Part shown: positions 24,897-29,232 of the stretch, in pieces | Layout of the letters: the number at the start of each line of letters is the position of its first letter | How positions within the stretch are numbered: position 1 is the stretch's first letter | Assembly: GCA_031372065.1 (NCBI GenBank) | Contig: JANMKN010000124.1 | Coordinates: 1 to 29,232 of the forward strand | Source: Abditibacteriaceae bacterium | GTDB lineage: Bacteria; Armatimonadota; Abditibacteriia; Abditibacteriales; Abditibacteriaceae | Length of the DNA: 29,232 nucleotides | Direction of reading: 5' to 3' | Program-made: the position numbers and the translations under genes | Notes under the pieces: model-generated | Seen by the model: the letters and a program-made list of their open reading frames with translations, nothing else | The model's database searches: none | What the model was told of the DNA's origin: nothing

Positions 24897-26567
24897 ATGA
24901 ACGCTATTTTGTCGTGCGTCCTCAAGAAATCTTGCTCAAAAACTCTGCTGGCGACGTGCCTCGTCGCGACTTGTCTGCCTCTCACGGCGCAAAATGCGCC
25001 CAAGCCTTTTGACCCGAATAAACGCCAACCCGAAGCGTGGATGAACTTGCCGGAAGCGATTCCATTCGCCAACGCCGATGGCACTTTCGATGTCGCGTGG
25101 CGTGATTATGCCACGCCAACACCGAAAATTTATCTGACGCGTTTCGCGCCGAACAACAATGGCTTTTCGCGTGTGGGTGCCGACGAATTGCCCAGTTTGG
25201 GCCTGCTCTGCGGCTTTAGTAAGGACGCGCAGGGCAACGTTTATCACATGACGGCGCAAAAAGGCGACGGCGACACGACCAAACGCATTTTGCTTTACAA
25301 AAACAAGCAAGCATTTTGGAATTTGCTGCTCAAAGACGGTGATAAGCCCGTTGAATCGCCCAAATTGCCACTGGATAACGGCACTTCGCAAATTGTAACG
25401 GGCGCGGGCAAATTATTCATAGACATCAATTTAATGCCCGCACACGCATATAATGCGCTTTTGGATTTAGAAAATACGGCTGTTAATCCGGGCCGTGTGG
25501 CGAAAGAAACTCTGTGGCATCACAATGTTGATCAGCGCGTGCTTTTCGATGGCACAGATTTTCTCGCCATTGAAAATCGCGACCACGAAATTACCTTGGG
25601 CATGATGAAATTCAGCCCGACGGAAAAATATCCTTTCGAGCCTTATGCCGAACGTTTGCGCTCGGTATACACACGCACCAACAACGGTAACAGCATCTTT
25701 ACCGAACTGGGCGACATTGCGCCCGGAGTGGACGACGGCAATGGTTATTTGGTGCTTTTCGCCAGCGAACGCGATTGGGACGACCAAATGGAAGGCTTGA
25801 ATAAGCCCGCCACGCAAACTGGCCTTGGCGGTCAACTCGCGCCGCGCGATTTGGCTGTAGTTCACGTCAAAAAAGATTTCGACAAGCAGGAAATCAACTG
25901 GAAAAGTATTCCCGAAGAAGTTGCCGTTGACGGCAATTTGATTTCGCAAGCGCCGAAATTGGTGGACACAACCAGCGTCGTCAATAGCCTCGGCACCGGC
26001 AAAACCACTAATTACCAAGCCAAAAACGATGGTTGGGATTGGCCGAATTACAACGCCGATACCGCCAAACTCGTCGCGGCGGGGCCATTGGCACAGCGTC
26101 AGCGCAAAACCGGCGGCGTGGTCTGGCTCACCAACTACGGCGTGCCCTTTGAAAACGCGAGCCAGTTGCCCGAAGTTGGTAAAGCATTCACCACTGTTGT
26201 CCATCCCAAATTAGTGCGCCTCGCGCCGAATTCTTACCTTGCCATTTGGGAAGAATGGAACGGTCAACGCGCCACTTGGGACAAGATGATGACCGATAAA
26301 ACTTACGTCACGACCAAAGCCGCGACCATCATGCTCAATTCGGCGGGTGACAATGTGCGTGTCAATCGCGCCGGCATTAAAGACCTCGGCAAAATTCGCG
26401 TTTCGGCTTTTGACGATGCTTTTGCGCTCGGCGGCAAAGCCGCGTGGCTCACGGGCGACGAAGACAATAAATCTCTCTCGCTCAATCTTCTCGACTCCAA
26501 TCTAAACCTGCAAACCTTTAAATTGCCTCTCGCGGGCGCAACGGGCAATCTCGATTTGCGCCCGTAA
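24897..26567 (+). CDS. Uncharacterised secreted beta-rich protein
   Basis: AAGGAG SD then ATG 24897; hydrophobic signal ending LTA; long ORF with host-like codon bias; no family recognised. Confidence 0.8.
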   Translation: MNAILSCVLKKSCSKTLLATCLVATCLPLTAQNAPKPFDPNKRQPEAWMNLPEAIPFANADGTFDVAWRDYATPTPKIYLTRFAPNNNGFSRVGADELPSLGLLCGFSKDAQGNVYHMTAQKGDGDTTKRILLYKNKQAFWNLLLKDGDKPVESPKLPLDNGTSQIVTGAGKLFIDINLMPAHAYNALLDLENTAVNPGRVAKETLWHHNVDQRVLFDGTDFLAIENRDHEITLGMMKFSPTEKYPFEPYAERLRSVYTRTNNGNSIFTELGDIAPGVDDGNGYLVLFASERDWDDQMEGLNKPATQTGLGGQLAPRDLAVVHVKKDFDKQEINWKSIPEEVAVDGNLISQAPKLVDTTSVVNSLGTGKTTNYQAKNDGWDWPNYNADTAKLVAAGPLAQRQRKTGGVVWLTNYGVPFENASQLPEVGKAFTTVVHPKLVRLAPNSYLAIWEEWNGQRATWDKMMTDKTYVTTKAATIMLNSAGDNVRVNRAGIKDLGKIRVSAFDDAFALGGKAAWLTGDEDNKSLSLNLLDSNLNLQTFKLPLAGATGNLDLRP

Positions 26568-26588
26568 CCACAAAAAGGATTGATGATT

Positions 26589-27539
26589 ATGCAAGCTGTT
26601 CAACGACGTAAAACGCGCTGCTTTATTGCGGCCTTGACCCTGCTTTCGGCAGCCATCGCACTGCCGCAAAGCGCGCAGGCGGACGATCATCCGCTGATTC
26701 AGGCCATAGACCGCGTTTTTCAACGGAGCCAGACCGATGAACTCAAAGAATATGGCCTCGACAACTCGACGCAAGCGACGACGCCCGTTGGCTACAACCA
26801 CAGCATCAAAGGCTGCTGGATGAAAAAGGGCGAAGCGAAAATCAACACGCCGACACTCGAACCCGGCGTGGAATACGCCGTGATCGGCGGCGGCGACAAC
26901 ACCGCCAAGAAGATCAAAATCTCGATTCTCAATCCCGGCGGACAGATTCGCATGGCGAACGACACAGACCCGGTCCTCACGGAAAGCACCGAAGACAACA
27001 ATATGCCGGGCGTGGTTTTCAAGCTGAACAAGAAACAGGGCGCGGGAATCCGCATCACGCTCGAAGACGTGGACGAAAACGCCGGACAGACCAGCGCTTA
27101 CGTCGCCTTTGTGCTGCTTCGCAAAGACGCAGGTTGGGACGTGCCGCTGGAAAACATGAAAACAGCGGCGACCAAGCTGCAAAAGCGCCTCGACAAAGTC
27201 CGCGAGGCCAATCCCAACGGTGCCGACCTTTCGTATGCGTGGTTCAGCATCCACGGTGGCGTGATTCCCAAAGGCTCCAGTTCGCAAAACGGCCACAACC
27301 TCAACACCAGCACGGAATACCTGATGATCGCTTCCAGCGATGACAACACCGATGCATTGGAGATGACCCTTAACGGCATCGTGCGCGAGCCGAAGGACGA
27401 GGAAAAAACCAACAACGACCCGAAGGTGACTTACAAACGCGGGCCGAAGACACAATTTTCCGCGCAGCACACGGTCAAGAATAACGGCGAAACCGCGTTG
27501 GTGCTGGTCGCCATCGTGCAAATTATTAAGGCCAATTAA
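26589..27539 (+). CDS. Uncharacterised secreted protein with two related, possibly PPC-like, beta-sandwich domains
   Basis: Signal ending AQA; internal duplication (EYAVIGGGDN..IKI vs EYLMIASSDD..LEM); AAGGA SD. Confidence 0.75.
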   Translation: MQAVQRRKTRCFIAALTLLSAAIALPQSAQADDHPLIQAIDRVFQRSQTDELKEYGLDNSTQATTPVGYNHSIKGCWMKKGEAKINTPTLEPGVEYAVIGGGDNTAKKIKISILNPGGQIRMANDTDPVLTESTEDNNMPGVVFKLNKKQGAGIRITLEDVDENAGQTSAYVAFVLLRKDAGWDVPLENMKTAATKLQKRLDKVREANPNGADLSYAWFSIHGGVIPKGSSSQNGHNLNTSTEYLMIASSDDNTDALEMTLNGIVREPKDEEKTNNDPKVTYKRGPKTQFSAQHTVKNNGETALVLVAIVQIIKAN

Positions 27540-27582
27540 ACAGATCCTCGCGGAGTAATCCGCAATTTCAAGGAGAAATAGC

Positions 27583-28554
27583 ATGAATTTGACGAAAATC
27601 ACCCAAAAAGCTGTGCTATCCGGCCTCGTTTTGTTGCCGCTTATCCGCGCAGTTCCGGCGACGGCAGGCGAAACGCTGGGCGGCACATGGCAAGGCCACA
27701 TGGTGACCCAGAGAGGAAAAATTCCGGCCAACGCAGCTTACAACTGGAAGACGGGCAAAGGCTGGAATTTTCCCTCTATCGCGGGTGCCACGAGCTGGTT
27801 CGTGACGCTGGAAATTGATGGCCCTTTCAAAAACCTGACCGGAACTTACACCGCGAAGAACAAGGCCAACGCCAAAAGTTGGGGCAAATACGAGTTCGAC
27901 GGCAACTTCAATTTTGAGAAGAAACTCATGGTTTGGACGCCGGACAAACTGCTCGAAGGCCCTAACAAGATCGCCAATACTGTGATTCGCTCGCTGGTTT
28001 ACAGCCGCGACGACGATTTTGAATACCTCAAAGGCCGCTGGGCTTCACAGGACGGCGATACCGGCGTCATGGAATTTCGCCGCGCCTACGATGGCAACGA
28101 ACTCAAGGAGCAGAAAGAGGTCGTCTCCGATTTCTTTCTGCCCGACACCGACGGCGATTACATCATCAAGAAAGACGACTTTTTCTTCGCGCTCAACGAC
28201 GGCAAAGACGGCGTGCATTCCAAGAAAGACGCACCGGAAGAGTTGCGTAAATGGAAGTTTGAAAAGGCGCCAGATCAGTTCTCCAAGGCCTTCCGCATTG
28301 TTCCCGCCGCCAAAGACAATCAGTGCCTCGTTCCCTCCGACGATGACACTGGAGAACTCAAGCTGATGGATAAAGCCGACACGCCTGAAGGCGAGCAGTT
28401 TTGGCGCTTTGAAAAGAATGGTGACGCGCTCCTGCTCGTCAACGAGAAGATGGGTGGCCGCGCGCTTTATATCAACGACGAAGACAAAGGAGAAACCATC
28501 ATCCGTTCGCGCAACGAAGCCCACGACAACAAATGGGTTTTGGAAAAACAGTAA
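27583..28554 (+). CDS. Uncharacterised secreted protein with possible C-terminal ricin-B-like beta-trefoil
   Basis: AAGGAG SD; signal ending ATA; three evenly spaced W motifs (RKWKF, QFWRF, NKWVL) in the C-terminal domain. Confidence 0.75.
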   Translation: MNLTKITQKAVLSGLVLLPLIRAVPATAGETLGGTWQGHMVTQRGKIPANAAYNWKTGKGWNFPSIAGATSWFVTLEIDGPFKNLTGTYTAKNKANAKSWGKYEFDGNFNFEKKLMVWTPDKLLEGPNKIANTVIRSLVYSRDDDFEYLKGRWASQDGDTGVMEFRRAYDGNELKEQKEVVSDFFLPDTDGDYIIKKDDFFFALNDGKDGVHSKKDAPEELRKWKFEKAPDQFSKAFRIVPAAKDNQCLVPSDDDTGELKLMDKADTPEGEQFWRFEKNGDALLLVNEKMGGRALYINDEDKGETIIRSRNEAHDNKWVLEKQ

Positions 28555-28566
28555 GCCGCATTGAAC

Positions 28567-28599
28567 GCCGTGGAATCTGCCACATTCGGATTCCACGGC
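28567..28599 (+). terminator. 11-bp stem-loop after the 27583 gene (no U-tract)
   Basis: GCCGTGGAATC (28567-28577) / GATTCCACGGC (28589-28599). Confidence 0.5.
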
Positions 28600-28769
28600 A
28601 CTCCGCTGTCGTAATAAAAGAACACGAGCGCTACGTGGTGGCGCCGCTGGTGGGATGAGGAATGCCGCAAGAAGTTCGGTCGTCTGTCTGTTCCGGTGTA
28701 TGTTGCCCGCCGGGAGACAGAACTCTTGCGTAACCCAGAGCAACGATCAAGGGACTAAGGAGACAGACC

Positions 28770-29093
28770 ATGAAAAAGATGGGCGTTCACGTATTGATGT
28801 GGGTTCTGGTTCTCGGCCTCATGGCCGCGTTCCAGGCCGCAGCCGTCCGGGCCGATGGCTCGCCCTTCAAGGGCAGATGGAAGGGCAATTACACCGCCAA
28901 GATTGGTAACGGTGTCCAGAAAGGAACTGTATCCCTCACCGTCTACGACAATGGCACCTTTGAGGGAGCATGGGAAAACAAGACGCACAAGTTCACCTGG
29001 GAGACGGCAGGCACGATTGACAACGACGGCAACATGACCGGGGAAATCCTCAAACCGAACAGGTCGGAACTCAAGGGCACAACCAAAATCGAG
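28770..29093 (+). pseudogene. Secreted beta-strand protein gene, apparently interrupted by an IS after codon 108
   Basis: TAAGGAG SD; MKKMGVHVLMWVLVLGLMAAFQAAAVRA signal, then FKGRWKGNY...GTIDNDGNMTG; sequence character changes at 29094. Absent from the ORF track because the frame stays open to the window edge. Confidence 0.7.
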
Positions 29094-29232
29094 GGTCATG
29101 TTACAGAAATGATGCTGAGGGAGCATAAAGCCTCGGACAGGCTCTTTTTGGGATGTGAAAACCGAAAAGAACACCTGTCCGAGGTGTGGCAGTGGCCACA
29201 TCAAAAAGAATGGCACAACTCCTCAAGGCAAG
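29094..29232 (+). mobile_element. Left end of an IS1-family insertion sequence (partial)
   Basis: Begins GGTCATGTT, resembling IS1-family GGTnATG ends, and is followed by an InsA-like zinc-ribbon ORF. Confidence 0.75.
29155..29232 (+). CDS. IS1-family transposase N-terminus (InsA-like zinc ribbon), partial
   Basis: GTG start; MKTEKNTCPRCGSGHIKKNGTTPQGK matches the CPxCxS..IxKNG....GK pattern. Confidence 0.8.
   Translation, partial: MKTEKNTCPRCGSGHIKKNGTTPQGK

Noticed and set aside
26502..27731. 409-aa minus-strand ORF
   Set aside because: Antisense to genes that have clear SDs and signal peptides; shadow ORF.
28755..29216. 153-aa minus-strand ORF
   Set aside because: The + strand has the SD, signal peptide and IS junction; this ORF spans the junction antisense.

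Overview
Bacterial chromosomal window. Lineage is probably Armatimonadota/Abditibacteriota-like, inferred from rny-spoVS, a DUF1559/H-X9-DG prepilin-like gene and several Calx-beta surface proteins. Left part: end of a Calx-beta gene; a minus-strand run of Tat-exported GH109, aldo/keto reductase and FAD dehydrogenase; two large secreted beta-helix + Calx-beta proteins; a DUF1559 gene. Middle: orphan E1-beta subunit, nnr, a PhyH-like Fe/2OG enzyme with HxG instead of HxD, lipid kinase, spoVS, rny with a long upstream region, an amidohydrolase remnant, extended dinD, and dnaE with an intact PHP site and an Asn-Gly-rich insert. Right: four uncharacterised secreted proteins, the last interrupted by the left end of an IS1-family element. 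The most notable unexplained signals are two unrelated 21-bp-period tandem arrays in divergent intergenic regions, three inverted heptamer arrays in short intergenic spacers, a shared C-terminal Calx-beta dyad, and the halogenase-like HxG enzyme. All family calls come from motif recognition; no searches were run.
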